From Rhizomicrobium sp. (GTDB taxonomy: Bacteria; Pseudomonadota; Alphaproteobacteria; Micropepsales; Micropepsaceae): 64,000 nucleotides of DNA. Made by a program: the position numbers and the translations under genes. A model generated the notes under the pieces. The model was not told where the DNA came from, did not search any database, and worked only from the letters and a program-made list of their open reading frames with translations. Shown piece by piece: positions 8,747-18,027 of the stretch; the stretch's first letter is position 1; the number at the start of each line of letters is the position of its first letter. The DNA is taken from NCBI GenBank assembly GCA_050008635.1, contig JBEKMG010000009.1:28368-92367 (forward strand). Reading direction: 5' to 3'.

Positions 8747-10960
8747 GTGCCCCGCAAGCGACAAGGAAAAACCGCGCCGCCCATCGACAGGACGCGTGTG
8801 CTCGAAGCGCTGGCCGCACGGCCCGGCGCGACCAAGCGCGATCTCTCGCGCCTGCTAAGCATCAAAGGCTCGGACCGCATCCTGCTGAAGCGCATCCTGA
8901 AGGAACTGGAAGCCGAAGGACTGCTGGAAGGCAACCGCAAGCGCGGCTACATCCAGCCCGGCGCGTTGCCCGAGGTGGCGGTCCTGGAAATCTCCGGACA
9001 GGATCCCGACGGCGAATTGCTGGCGCGCCCGCAACGCTGGGAGTCGAACGAGGAACCGCCGCAGATCGTGGTCGTGCTGGGACGCGAAGCCGAGGCCGGT
9101 TCGGCATTGGGAAAAGGCGAACGCATCCTCGCGCGCCTGTCGAAAACCGGCGACGGCTACGAGGCGCGCGTCATCAAGCGGCTGGGCGCCAGCGCCCATC
9201 ACGTGCTGGGCGTGGTGCGCGTGTCGGGACAAGGCGTGCGCATCGCGCCCATCGACCGCAAGAGCCGAACCGAATTCACCGTCGATCCGCGCGACCGCGC
9301 GGGCGCCGAGAACAACGAACTGGTGCTGGCCGAGCCTATTGCAGGCCGCGCCTCGGGTTTTCCGCGCGCGCGTGTGGTAGAGCGCATCGGCAGCATGGAT
9401 GCGCCCAAGGCCGTCAGCCTGATCGCCATTCATGCGCACGGTATTCCAACGGATTTTCCCAAAGAGGTTCTCGACGAGGCGGCACACGCCGCTCCCGCCG
9501 ATCCGCGCGGACGCACCGATCTGCGCGCCATTCCGCTGGTGACCATCGATCCCGAAGACGCGCGCGATCACGACGATGCCGTGTGGGCCGGTCCCGATCC
9601 CGACAACAAGGGCGGACACATCTGCCTGGTGGCGATTGCCGATGTCGCCCATTACGTGCGGCCTGGTTCACCGCTCGACCGCGAAGCCTACAAGCGCGGC
9701 AATTCCGTCTATTTTCCCGACCGCGTGGTGCCGATGCTGCCCGAAAAACTTTCGGCCGATTTGTGCTCGCTGAAGGAAGGCGTGGACCGGCCGTGTCTCG
9801 CCGTGCGCATGGTGTTCGACGCGGGCGGCAAGAAGCGCCACCACGAATTTCTGCGCGGGGTGATGCGCTCCGCCGCGCGGCTGACCTATGCGCAGGCCCA
9901 GCGTGCCTTCGACGGCAAGCCGGATGCGGCGCTATCCGCGACGGCGAGGGATACGCTGGCCGCGCTGTGGAAGGCTTACGGCGCGCTGGTGAAAGCGCGC
10001 GAGGCGCGCGATCCGCTCGATCTCGATCTGCCGGAGCGGCGCATCGAGATCGGCGCCGACGGCAAGATTTCCTCCATCGCTTTCCGCGAGCGGCTGGAAT
10101 CCATGCGCCTGATCGAAGAGTTCATGGTGCTCGCCAACGTGTCGGCGGCGGAGACGTTGGAAAAAGCACGCATGCCGCTCGTTTATCGCGTGCACGAGGA
10201 GCCTTCCAAGGAAAAGCTGTTCGCGTTCGCCGATTATCTGCGCACCATCGGCGTGAATTTCGCCAAAGGCCAGGTGATGAAGCCCGCCGTCTTCAACCGC
10301 ATCCTGGCGAATGCGAAAGACGGCCCCCACGAGAAGGTGATGAACGACGTGGTGCTGCGCACTCAGGCGCAAGCGATTTACGATCCCAACAATCTGGGCC
10401 ATTTCGGCTTGAACCTGGCGCGTTACGCGCACTACACCTCGCCCATCCGGCGTTACGCGGATCTGATCGTGCATCGCGCACTGATCCGCGCGCTGAAGCT
10501 GGGCGACGGCGGATTGAACGACCGCGAGGTTTCGCACCTCGGCGAGATTGCCGAACACATCTCCATGACCGAGCGCCGCGCCATGGCGGCCGAGCGCGAC
10601 TCCAACGACCGCTATGTCGCCGCTTTCATGCAGGACCGCATCGGCGCGACCTTCGACGCGCGCATCACCGGCGTCACGCGCTTCGGCCTCTTCGTGCGGC
10701 TGGCGGAAACAGGCGCGGAAGGTTTGCTGCCCGCGCGCGTGCTGGGTACCGAATACTTTCGCCATGACGAACGCCGCCATGCGCTGGTCGGCGAACGTAC
10801 CGGTACGGTCTACAGCCTCGGCGCCATCGTGGCGGTGCGGCTGGCCGAAGCGGCGCCGCTCACCGGCGGACTGCGCTTCGATCTGGCGGAAGCGGAGTCT
10901 TCCGCGCCGAGAACGCGCCGCCCCGCTCCCATCCACCTGCGGAGCAAGCGGAGGCGTTAA
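8747..10960 (+). CDS. rnr: Ribonuclease R
   Basis: TIDPEDARDHDDAV, YAHYTSPIRRYADL and a C-terminal S1 domain; GTG start. Confidence 0.96.
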   Translation: MPRKRQGKTAPPIDRTRVLEALAARPGATKRDLSRLLSIKGSDRILLKRILKELEAEGLLEGNRKRGYIQPGALPEVAVLEISGQDPDGELLARPQRWESNEEPPQIVVVLGREAEAGSALGKGERILARLSKTGDGYEARVIKRLGASAHHVLGVVRVSGQGVRIAPIDRKSRTEFTVDPRDRAGAENNELVLAEPIAGRASGFPRARVVERIGSMDAPKAVSLIAIHAHGIPTDFPKEVLDEAAHAAPADPRGRTDLRAIPLVTIDPEDARDHDDAVWAGPDPDNKGGHICLVAIADVAHYVRPGSPLDREAYKRGNSVYFPDRVVPMLPEKLSADLCSLKEGVDRPCLAVRMVFDAGGKKRHHEFLRGVMRSAARLTYAQAQRAFDGKPDAALSATARDTLAALWKAYGALVKAREARDPLDLDLPERRIEIGADGKISSIAFRERLESMRLIEEFMVLANVSAAETLEKARMPLVYRVHEEPSKEKLFAFADYLRTIGVNFAKGQVMKPAVFNRILANAKDGPHEKVMNDVVLRTQAQAIYDPNNLGHFGLNLARYAHYTSPIRRYADLIVHRALIRALKLGDGGLNDREVSHLGEIAEHISMTERRAMAAERDSNDRYVAAFMQDRIGATFDARITGVTRFGLFVRLAETGAEGLLPARVLGTEYFRHDERRHALVGERTGTVYSLGAIVAVRLAEAAPLTGGLRFDLAEAESSAPRTRRPAPIHLRSKRRR

Positions 10961-10979
10961 GGCCCAAAACCGTCCATCC

Positions 10980-11007
10980 TTGACATCCCAGGCCGCGCGG
11001 CTAGGTT
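10980..11007 (+). promoter_or_regulatory. Putative sigma70 promoter for rpmG
   Basis: TTGACA (10980-10985), 16-nt spacer, TAGGTT (11002-11007). Confidence 0.5.
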
Positions 11008-11044
11008 ACGGCCCCTTTGACGCGCCTTTCTCAGGAGTACCCCC

Positions 11045-11212
11045 ATGGCGAAGCCGACAACGGCCAAAATCCGGCTCAATTCCGAGGGCGGTACCGGCTA
11101 TTTCTACGTCACCAAGAAGAACACGCGCACCATGACGGAGAAGTTCTCCATCAAGAAATACGACCCCGTCCTGCGCAAGCATGTCGAGTTCAAGGAAGGC
11201 AAGATTAAGTAG
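11045..11212 (+). CDS. rpmG: 50S ribosomal protein L33 (not in the supplied ORF track)
   Basis: Own translation: [62 protein letters not shown] upstream. Confidence 0.97.
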   Translation: MAKPTTAKIRLNSEGGTGYFYVTKKNTRTMTEKFSIKKYDPVLRKHVEFKEGKIK

Positions 11213-11222
11213 CTTCCTCATT

Positions 11223-11474
11223 TTCGTCATGGCCGGGCGTGTCTGCCCCCCACACCAACCCTTCGTCATGGCCGCCCTTGAGGCGGCCATCCAGTTTCTG
11301 CGTGATCGAGGATGCCTTTGTTTTCCTGGATGGCCGGGTCCCGCCTACGCTAAGGCTTCGGCGGGCGAGAGCGGGCTCACTCGGCCGCCGTAGCTTCAGC
11401 GAAGGCGGCAGGCCCGGCCATGACGAAAGTGGGGGAGTATCGCGTTTCAGCCGCCTCAAGGGCGGCCATGACGA
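11223..11474. repeat. Nested REP/RIME-like palindromic elements
   Basis: TTCGTCATGGCCG…CGGCCATGACGA arms at 11223, 11262, 11427 and 11474. Inverted CCGCCTACGCTAAGGCTTCGGCGG-type copies at 11341-11364 and 11385-11408. Confidence 0.85.
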
Positions 11475-12373
11475 GCGGTGGGTGATTCCGCTTCCACCTT
11501 CTCAATGAACGGCAGCATGAACCCGTGCAGCAGCGGGATCACGCCGAGCGGCATGTCGTGCCCCCAGCCGGCGATCTCGTGATATTCCGCCCCTTGAATG
11601 CAGTCGGCGATGTAGCGGCCGTGCGCGCAAGGCAGCAGCGTATCGGCCGTCCCGTGCAGCACCAGCGCCGGCAGTTTCAGTGCACGCAACCGTTTGCCGC
11701 GCGGCGGACTGGCGACGATCGCCGACCAATGGCGCAGCGCGCCTTCGGGATAGAAGCAGCGGTCGTAAGCGAGCCCGACATGTTCGGCCCTCCTCACCTC
11801 GTCGATCGCAAACCCGGTCGAGGCGTAAGCGCGGGCCGATTTCAGCGTATGGGCGATCACCGAGGCGCGGACGTTCGCCGGCGAAGGCGTCGTCAGCGCC
11901 AGATGCGCCTCGGCCGACGACGGCGGCAGGCCGATGTCGTTGGTGGTGGAAAAAATCGCGATCAGCGAACGCGTTTTCTTGGGATGATCGAGCGCTACGA
12001 GCTGCGCGATCATGCCGCCCATCGAGGCGCCGCAGATGTGCGCGCTGTCGATGCCAAGCGCGTCGAGCAGGCCGGCGGCATCCGCCGCCATGTCGCTCAG
12101 GAAATAGGGAACCTCGGGCTTGCGCCGCTCGCGCAAGGCCGCCATCACCGCGCCGAGGTCGGGAATCTGCCCGTCCCATTTCTGCGACAGGCCGACGTCG
12201 CGATTGTCGAAGCAGATGACGCTGAGGCCCGCCTTCGTCAAGCCGTCTATGAACTCCTCCGGCCAAGCGATCAGCTGCTGGCCGAAGCCGTGGATCAGGA
12301 GCAGCGGCACCCCGTCCTTCGGCCCAAACGTTTCATATTCGATGTCGATGCCGTTCGCGCGGATTCTGGCCAT
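11456..12373 (-). CDS. Alpha/beta fold hydrolase
   Basis: HGFG oxyanion region, GASMGG nucleophile elbow, HGTAD acid region and WGHD His region. Confidence 0.9.
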   Translation of the reverse strand: MARIRANGIDIEYETFGPKDGVPLLLIHGFGQQLIAWPEEFIDGLTKAGLSVICFDNRDVGLSQKWDGQIPDLGAVMAALRERRKPEVPYFLSDMAADAAGLLDALGIDSAHICGASMGGMIAQLVALDHPKKTRSLIAIFSTTNDIGLPPSSAEAHLALTTPSPANVRASVIAHTLKSARAYASTGFAIDEVRRAEHVGLAYDRCFYPEGALRHWSAIVASPPRGKRLRALKLPALVLHGTADTLLPCAHGRYIADCIQGAEYHEIAGWGHDMPLGVIPLLHGFMLPFIEKVEAESPTARHGRP

Positions 12374-12472
12374 GATTTCCTCTGGACGGTTGTTATCGGG
12401 CCGCGCCGGTTCCTTGACAAGATGTCAGCCGCGCCGGAGCCTATGTTCTCCCAACTGCACCCGGGACGCCGC

Positions 12473-13399
12473 ATGAGCGCCTTCGTCGTCGTCAATCCGC
12501 GTTCCGGCAGTACCCGCCGCGAATGGCGCAGCATGGAGAAGGCGCTGTCGGCGACCTATCCTTACATGTCGGTCGCGTTCACGCGGGGCCGCGGCCACGC
12601 GGCCGCGCTGGTGGCGAGCGCCTTGCGCGAGGGCGTTGATGAGATCGTCGCGGTCGGCGGCGACGGCACGATCAACGAAGCGGTGAACGGGTTCTTCGAC
12701 GTGGGCGGCGCGATTTCGCCTGACGCCGTGCTGGCCTTCGTCTGCACCGGCGGCAATTTCAAGAAGGCGTTCGGCATCGCCGAGAGCGGCACGGACGCCG
12801 CCCTGCGCTTGAAAAATGCCGGCGTGCGCGCGATCGATGTGGGCCGGGTTTTGTTCCTGTCCAAGGACGGCATGGCGCGCAGCCGCATCTTCGCCAACAT
12901 CGCCTCGTTCGGCCTGTCGGGCAAGATCGTCGATTCCCTCAACCGGGCGATCGTTTCGAAACTGTTCGGCGGCCAATTCGCCTTCGCGTTCCACAGCGCG
13001 CTCGGGCTTCTGACCTATCGCGGCCGCGCCGTGCGCCTGATCGTCGACGACGCCTACGACGAGATCGTCACGATTTCGACCGTCGCCGTCGCCAACGGAC
13101 GCTGTTTCGCCGGCGGCATGCAGGTGGCGCCCGATGCCAAGCCCGACGACGGGTTGTTCGACGTGGTCGTCATCGCCGATGCGCCGAAGAGACAGATGCT
13201 GGCCGACATGAAGCTCATCTACACGGGCGAACATCTTGGAAATCCGAATGTGCGGGTGATCCGCGGCCGCAAGGTCGTCGCCGCGCCCGTCGCCGAAACC
13301 CGCGGCCGGGCAGTGCTGATCGAAACCGACGGCGAAGGCGTGGGCCGACTGCCCGCCACTTTCGAGATTCTGCCCCGCGCCCTGAATGTGCGATGCTGA
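12473..13399 (+). CDS. Diacylglycerol/lipid kinase family protein
   Basis: VNPRSG, GGDGTINE, VANG..FAGGM and ETDGE motifs. Start could be 12422 or 12473. Confidence 0.88.
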   Translation: MSAFVVVNPRSGSTRREWRSMEKALSATYPYMSVAFTRGRGHAAALVASALREGVDEIVAVGGDGTINEAVNGFFDVGGAISPDAVLAFVCTGGNFKKAFGIAESGTDAALRLKNAGVRAIDVGRVLFLSKDGMARSRIFANIASFGLSGKIVDSLNRAIVSKLFGGQFAFAFHSALGLLTYRGRAVRLIVDDAYDEIVTISTVAVANGRCFAGGMQVAPDAKPDDGLFDVVVIADAPKRQMLADMKLIYTGEHLGNPNVRVIRGRKVVAAPVAETRGRAVLIETDGEGVGRLPATFEILPRALNVRC

Positions 13400-13415
13400 C
13401 GAAATGGGAGGGGGC

Positions 13416-15089
13416 ATGAGCGTCGATCGCACGAAAATCCGCTGGAACGGATGGGGCTGGGCCGCCCACAAGGATGAGCTGGGCGGGCGCGAGGCCGTCT
13501 GGGCTTGGCTGGCCGGCGAGCTGGGCATGCCGGCCTTGCTGGCGACGCCGCCCCGTCCGCTGGAGGAATTGTCGCTTGCGGCCCCGGCGCTATACGTCGA
13601 GGACCGCAAGGCACTGAACGACATCGTCGGCGCCGATCGCGTGCGCGACGACACCTACGAGCGCGCGTTCCATGCGCTCGGCCGCAGCTATTACGACCTG
13701 TTGCGGCTGCGCGCGGGCGATCTGTCGCTGGCGCCCGACGCCGTCGTGTATCCGCGCGGAACCGAGGAAGTGCTGGCGTTGCTGGCATTAGCGGCCGAGC
13801 GCGGCCTCGCAGTTATCCCGTACGGCGGCGGTACCAGCGTGGTGGGCGGCGTCAGCGCCGCGCGCGGCGCGTTTCACTCCGCGATCACCCTCGACCTGTC
13901 GGCGATGGATCGTTTGATCGAAATCGACCCGGTTTCCGCAACCGCGACGGCGGAAGCGGGCATCTACGGCCCGGCGCTGGAAAAGGCGCTGCAAGCGAAA
14001 GGCTTCACGCTCGGCCATTATCCGCAATCCTTCGAATTCTCGACACTGGGCGGCTGGATCGCCCATCGCGGCGCAGGCCAGGGCTCGAACCGCTATGGGC
14101 GCGCGGAGGATTGGCTGGTGGGCGCGAGACTGGCGACGCCGCGCGGCCTGCTCAACACCGGCGATTTCCCCGCCTCCGCCGCCGGCCCGCAATTGAAGGA
14201 TCTGGTGCTCGGCTCCGAAGGCATCTTCGGAATCATCACCGAAGCGACGGTGCGCATGCACGCGGTGCCCGCGGCCAGCGACTATCGCGGCTATCTGTTC
14301 AAAGATTTCGAGAGCGGCACGGCGGCGATCCGTACAGCGGCGCAAGAAGGCGTGGCGGCCACGATGCTGCGCCTATCGGACGCCGAGGAAACGCGGTTCA
14401 CCCGCCTTTACGGCGGAGTGGAGAAAAGCCGCAGCCTAGCGCAACGGCTGGCGGAGATTTATCTCGAGATGCGCGGCTTCGACGACAAGGCCTGCGCGCT
14501 GATTGCCGGGTTCGAAGGCGATGCGCCGGCGGTTGCACGGGCGCAAGAACAATTCGGCGCCATCGCGCGCAAGCTCGGCGCGCTGCCATTGGGACGCGGT
14601 ATCGGCGAGCATTGGCGGCAATTTCGCTTTACGGCGCCTTATCTGCGCGACCCGATGATGGACCGCGGCCTGGGCGTCGATACGCTGGAGACGGCCGCGA
14701 GCTGGTCGAAGCTCGGCGCGCTATATGCCGCGACACGCGCGGCGCTCGAAGCCGCGATCCTCAAGACCGTTCCGCGCGAGGGCGCCAAGGGCATCGTGAT
14801 GTGCCACGTCAGCCATTCCTACGCGGACGGCGCAAGTCTCTATTTCACCTATGTCTTCCCGCGCGCGCTCGACGGCGACATCGCGCAGTGGAAAACGATC
14901 AAGCGGGCGGCGAGCGAGGCGATCGTGGCGAACGGCGGAACGATCAGCCACCATCACGGTGTCGGCGAAGATCACCTGCCCTGGATCGCGCAGGAAAAAG
15001 GCGTGCTCGGCATCGAGGTGTTGCGCGCGGTCAAGCAGGCGCTCGATCCGGCCGGCGTGCTCAATCCGGGCAAGCTGCTGCCGGGATAG
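13416..15089 (+). CDS. FAD-binding oxidoreductase, alkyl-DHAP-synthase-like
   Basis: PYGGGTSVVGG, GHYPQSFEFSTLGGWIA, GSEGIFGII, TISHHHGVG and LNPGKL motifs. Confidence 0.88.
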   Translation: MSVDRTKIRWNGWGWAAHKDELGGREAVWAWLAGELGMPALLATPPRPLEELSLAAPALYVEDRKALNDIVGADRVRDDTYERAFHALGRSYYDLLRLRAGDLSLAPDAVVYPRGTEEVLALLALAAERGLAVIPYGGGTSVVGGVSAARGAFHSAITLDLSAMDRLIEIDPVSATATAEAGIYGPALEKALQAKGFTLGHYPQSFEFSTLGGWIAHRGAGQGSNRYGRAEDWLVGARLATPRGLLNTGDFPASAAGPQLKDLVLGSEGIFGIITEATVRMHAVPAASDYRGYLFKDFESGTAAIRTAAQEGVAATMLRLSDAEETRFTRLYGGVEKSRSLAQRLAEIYLEMRGFDDKACALIAGFEGDAPAVARAQEQFGAIARKLGALPLGRGIGEHWRQFRFTAPYLRDPMMDRGLGVDTLETAASWSKLGALYAATRAALEAAILKTVPREGAKGIVMCHVSHSYADGASLYFTYVFPRALDGDIAQWKTIKRAASEAIVANGGTISHHHGVGEDHLPWIAQEKGVLGIEVLRAVKQALDPAGVLNPGKLLPG

Positions 15090-15153
15090 GGGTCCGAAGT
15101 CGCGAACGAATCGCATATGTTCACCCCCGGATTCGCGCCACGGGGATTATTCG

Positions 15154-15945
15154 ATGCCATTCGTTCCGAAGGCATCCTTTGCTTGGAGGGCGTACCGGCG
15201 ACTGGTGCGAACGGACATTCAGTTCTTCACGCCACCGGACGCGTTCCCCCGTGCCGACATCCTGAAGCTATGCAATTTGGCCGCGCCTTATCCGGGCGTC
15301 GAGAACGCAAGCTGCCCGACCGTCGTGATCGACCTTGGGCAACCGGAGGACGCACTGTGGAATGGCGTGGAGCCAAAAACTAGAAAAGTGATCCGGCAGG
15401 CGACCCGCGACGGCGTCAAAATCGAGCGCGTGTCCGAACTATCGGCGGAAACCTGGAATTCATTTCTTGCGGACTATCAGAAACTGAGAAGCCGCAAGAA
15501 AGGCGCGGACCCGCTGGGAATCGGGCAGATCGGCGAGCTGATCGAGAAAGGTTTTTACGTGGTGACCAGGAGCCGCGACGCCAACGGGAATGTGCTGTCA
15601 TGGCACGGCTACGTCCGCTGCCACGGCCGCGCCCGTTTGATCAACACAGTTTCGGCCCTCGATCCGGCACGGGACACGCAGTGGAACAATCTGGTCGGGC
15701 GCGCGCACCGTCTGCACCATTGGAAGGACATGCTCTCCTTCAAGGAAGAAGGTGTTGGAATCTACGATCTCGGCGGGGTCTATCGCGGAACACAGGACCA
15801 GGAGCAAGCCAACATCGCCAGGTTCAAGACGAGTTTCGGCGGCGAACCGGCTGAGACCTACGATGCCGTCTTGCCGCTCACGGTCAAAGGGCGTCTTGCT
15901 CTGTCTCTCCTGGCGAAGGTCGGCGCCGAGGCGCGCTCCGGGTGA
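15154..15945 (+). CDS. GNAT/FemAB-like acyl- or aminoacyl-transferase family protein
   Basis: RKVIRQA…G, YDLGG and IARFKTSFGG resemble FemABX-type GNAT proteins. Confidence 0.6.
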   Translation: MPFVPKASFAWRAYRRLVRTDIQFFTPPDAFPRADILKLCNLAAPYPGVENASCPTVVIDLGQPEDALWNGVEPKTRKVIRQATRDGVKIERVSELSAETWNSFLADYQKLRSRKKGADPLGIGQIGELIEKGFYVVTRSRDANGNVLSWHGYVRCHGRARLINTVSALDPARDTQWNNLVGRAHRLHHWKDMLSFKEEGVGIYDLGGVYRGTQDQEQANIARFKTSFGGEPAETYDAVLPLTVKGRLALSLLAKVGAEARSG

Positions 15946-16643
15946 TAAAGGAATTCGAGTCGATGAAAATCTGTTTGATGCTGCATGGATTGGGTCCGCC
16001 GCCGCCAAATACTTCCGAAGGCGAAGCGCGCTATTGGCTGCCGGCAGAAAGATTCGCATACATCCTCGAAATTGTCCGGCGCACTCACAACCCGGTGCAC
16101 CTCACGATCGACGACGCAAACGATTCCGACGTGCGGATCGCACTGCCAGCGTTGCGGGACGCAGGGCTTTTCGCGTCCTTCTTCATGCCGTCGGACCGCA
16201 TCGGCCAGGCGGGGTATGTAAGTGAGGCCGACGTCCGCGAATTGCGCGCGGCGGGAATGGAGATCGGATCGCATGGCTGCGCGCATATCACCTGGACGGA
16301 GATTCCGGACGAGACGATTGCGGAGGATGTCACCCGCTCCATCGGCAGATTGAGTTCGATCCTGGGCGAAAAAGTCGAGACGGTGGCGGTGCCGTTCGGC
16401 GAATGCGATTTGCGGGTCCTGCGCATCTTGCGGACGCTCGGCATCCGGCGCGTCTACACGAGTTTCAGGGGACCTTGCCGCGAAGACGCATGGCTCGTGC
16501 GGCGGGACTGCATCACCGCGGACATGCCGGAGGCCACGATCCGCGAGCTGCTCACGAAGAACTATACCGCCATCGACGCGGCGGCGGCGTTCCTGCGCGA
16601 GTGGCGGCATGCCGGCCGGGCATCCCTGTGGGCGGCGAATTAG
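15942..16643 (+). CDS. Polysaccharide deacetylase (NodB-like)
   Basis: LTIDDA (TFDDG-like), ASFF, GMEIGSHG..H and VAVPFG. Confidence 0.8.
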   Translation: MIKEFESMKICLMLHGLGPPPPNTSEGEARYWLPAERFAYILEIVRRTHNPVHLTIDDANDSDVRIALPALRDAGLFASFFMPSDRIGQAGYVSEADVRELRAAGMEIGSHGCAHITWTEIPDETIAEDVTRSIGRLSSILGEKVETVAVPFGECDLRVLRILRTLGIRRVYTSFRGPCREDAWLVRRDCITADMPEATIRELLTKNYTAIDAAAAFLREWRHAGRASLWAAN

Positions 16644-16648
16644 CCGCG

Positions 16649-17593
16649 TCAGCTCACTTCCAGCATCTGGCGCAGCGCTTTCGCGGCGGCGGCCAGGGCT
16701 GTGTACGCCTGAGGCAGAACCGCCTGCAGATAGATGAAGCTGTGCAGCATGTCCGGATAATCAGCGACCGTCACCGCGACGCCGGCGGCACGCAGTTTCT
16801 GCGCATAGGCGAGGCCTTCGTCGTGCAATGGATCGCAGCCGCCGAGCATCACATAAGCGGGCGGCAACCCGCTGACGTCTTCCGCCAGGAGCGGCGATAG
16901 GCGCGGGTCAGCGAAATCGGAACCGGGCGGCACGTAATTGCGGTAAAACCATTCCATCGATTGCTTGTCGAGAAAGTGGCCGACCGCGAATTCGCGCAGA
17001 GAGGCGAACGTTCCACCCAATTGCGTCATGGGGAACATCAGCAGCTGGCCGGCGATCTTGGGGCCGTCCGCTTCCTTCGCGCGCTGGCAGACGACAGCCG
17101 ACAAGGTTCCGCCGGCGGAGTCGCCGCCTACCGCGATCCGGTTGGCGTCGACGCCGAGCCGCGCTGCATTCTCTTCGACCCAGCTCACGGCGGCATAGGA
17201 GTCTTCCACCGCCGCAGGGAATTTGTGCTCCGGCGCCAGTCGGTAATCGACGGCCACAACGCGCGCGCCGCTCTCCGACGCCAGCAGCCGGCAGAGGCCA
17301 TCATGGCTGTCGAGATCGCCGATCGCAAAGCCGCCGCCATGGAAGAACACCAGCGCCGGCAAGGCCTCGCCGCCGGCCGCCACAGGCGTGTAGACTCGCA
17401 GCTTCATGTCGCCGCCCGGGCCCGGCATCGCGATGTTCTCGATCCTGCCGATGGGCACGTCTTTCGGTCCCACGAGCGCCATCAACGCCGTGAAAGCTTG
17501 GCGCGCGCCCGCGGGCGGCAATTCCCAAAGCTTGGGCGTAGGCGCCGCGGCCAACTGGTCCAGGAACGCTTTCGCGAGCGGATCGAGGGGCAT
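16649..17593 (-). CDS. HSL-family esterase/lipase
   Basis: HGGGF, GDSAGG, DPL and H catalytic motifs. Confidence 0.92.
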   Translation of the reverse strand: MPLDPLAKAFLDQLAAAPTPKLWELPPAGARQAFTALMALVGPKDVPIGRIENIAMPGPGGDMKLRVYTPVAAGGEALPALVFFHGGGFAIGDLDSHDGLCRLLASESGARVVAVDYRLAPEHKFPAAVEDSYAAVSWVEENAARLGVDANRIAVGGDSAGGTLSAVVCQRAKEADGPKIAGQLLMFPMTQLGGTFASLREFAVGHFLDKQSMEWFYRNYVPPGSDFADPRLSPLLAEDVSGLPPAYVMLGGCDPLHDEGLAYAQKLRAAGVAVTVADYPDMLHSFIYLQAVLPQAYTALAAAAKALRQMLEVS

Positions 17594-17654
17594 CGAATCC
17601 CTTAAAGGACGTTACGGCGGGAGTTTGGACGGAGCGGCAAACGCCGCGCAAGTC

Positions 17655-17876
17655 TCAGTGGATCGTCGGCGTGTGGTCGGGATCGAGACGATGCAGCGCG
17701 ATGTCGTCCAAAAGAACTGATAGTGCGAACCAGAAACGGGCGCGCTCAGCCTCGCCTTCCGCTGTGAGCGACACGAAAGCGCGCCGGGCATAATCGCGCG
17801 CCACCAAGCCGTGCTCTGCGGCCAGTTCGGCTGCCAGAAAGCAAAGATCACCGGCTGAGATGCGCATTGCGGCCAA
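17655..17876 (-). CDS. Small hypothetical protein
   Basis: Helical ORF (AELAAEHG.VARDYA…FW); no family assigned. Confidence 0.5.
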   Translation of the reverse strand: MAAMRISAGDLCFLAAELAAEHGLVARDYARRAFVSLTAEGEAERARFWFALSVLLDDIALHRLDPDHTPTIH

Positions 17877-18027
17877 CTTCTTGACAACGCTACCATCTGA
17901 CCAGAACGGGGTAATCGTCCGGTTAAGGGCGTACCGGCCGCTAGAATCGCTTGAAACTACACTTCGCTTTCGTTATTTTCTGGAAATACCTTGTTTGAGT
18001 CTGTATTTCCCGGTACGGGAGGTTCCC

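Noticed and set aside
11181-11508. Small ORFs over the repeat cluster; likewise 36812-37282, 48977-49299 and 56037-56441
   Set aside because: They are translations of palindromic repeats, not genes.
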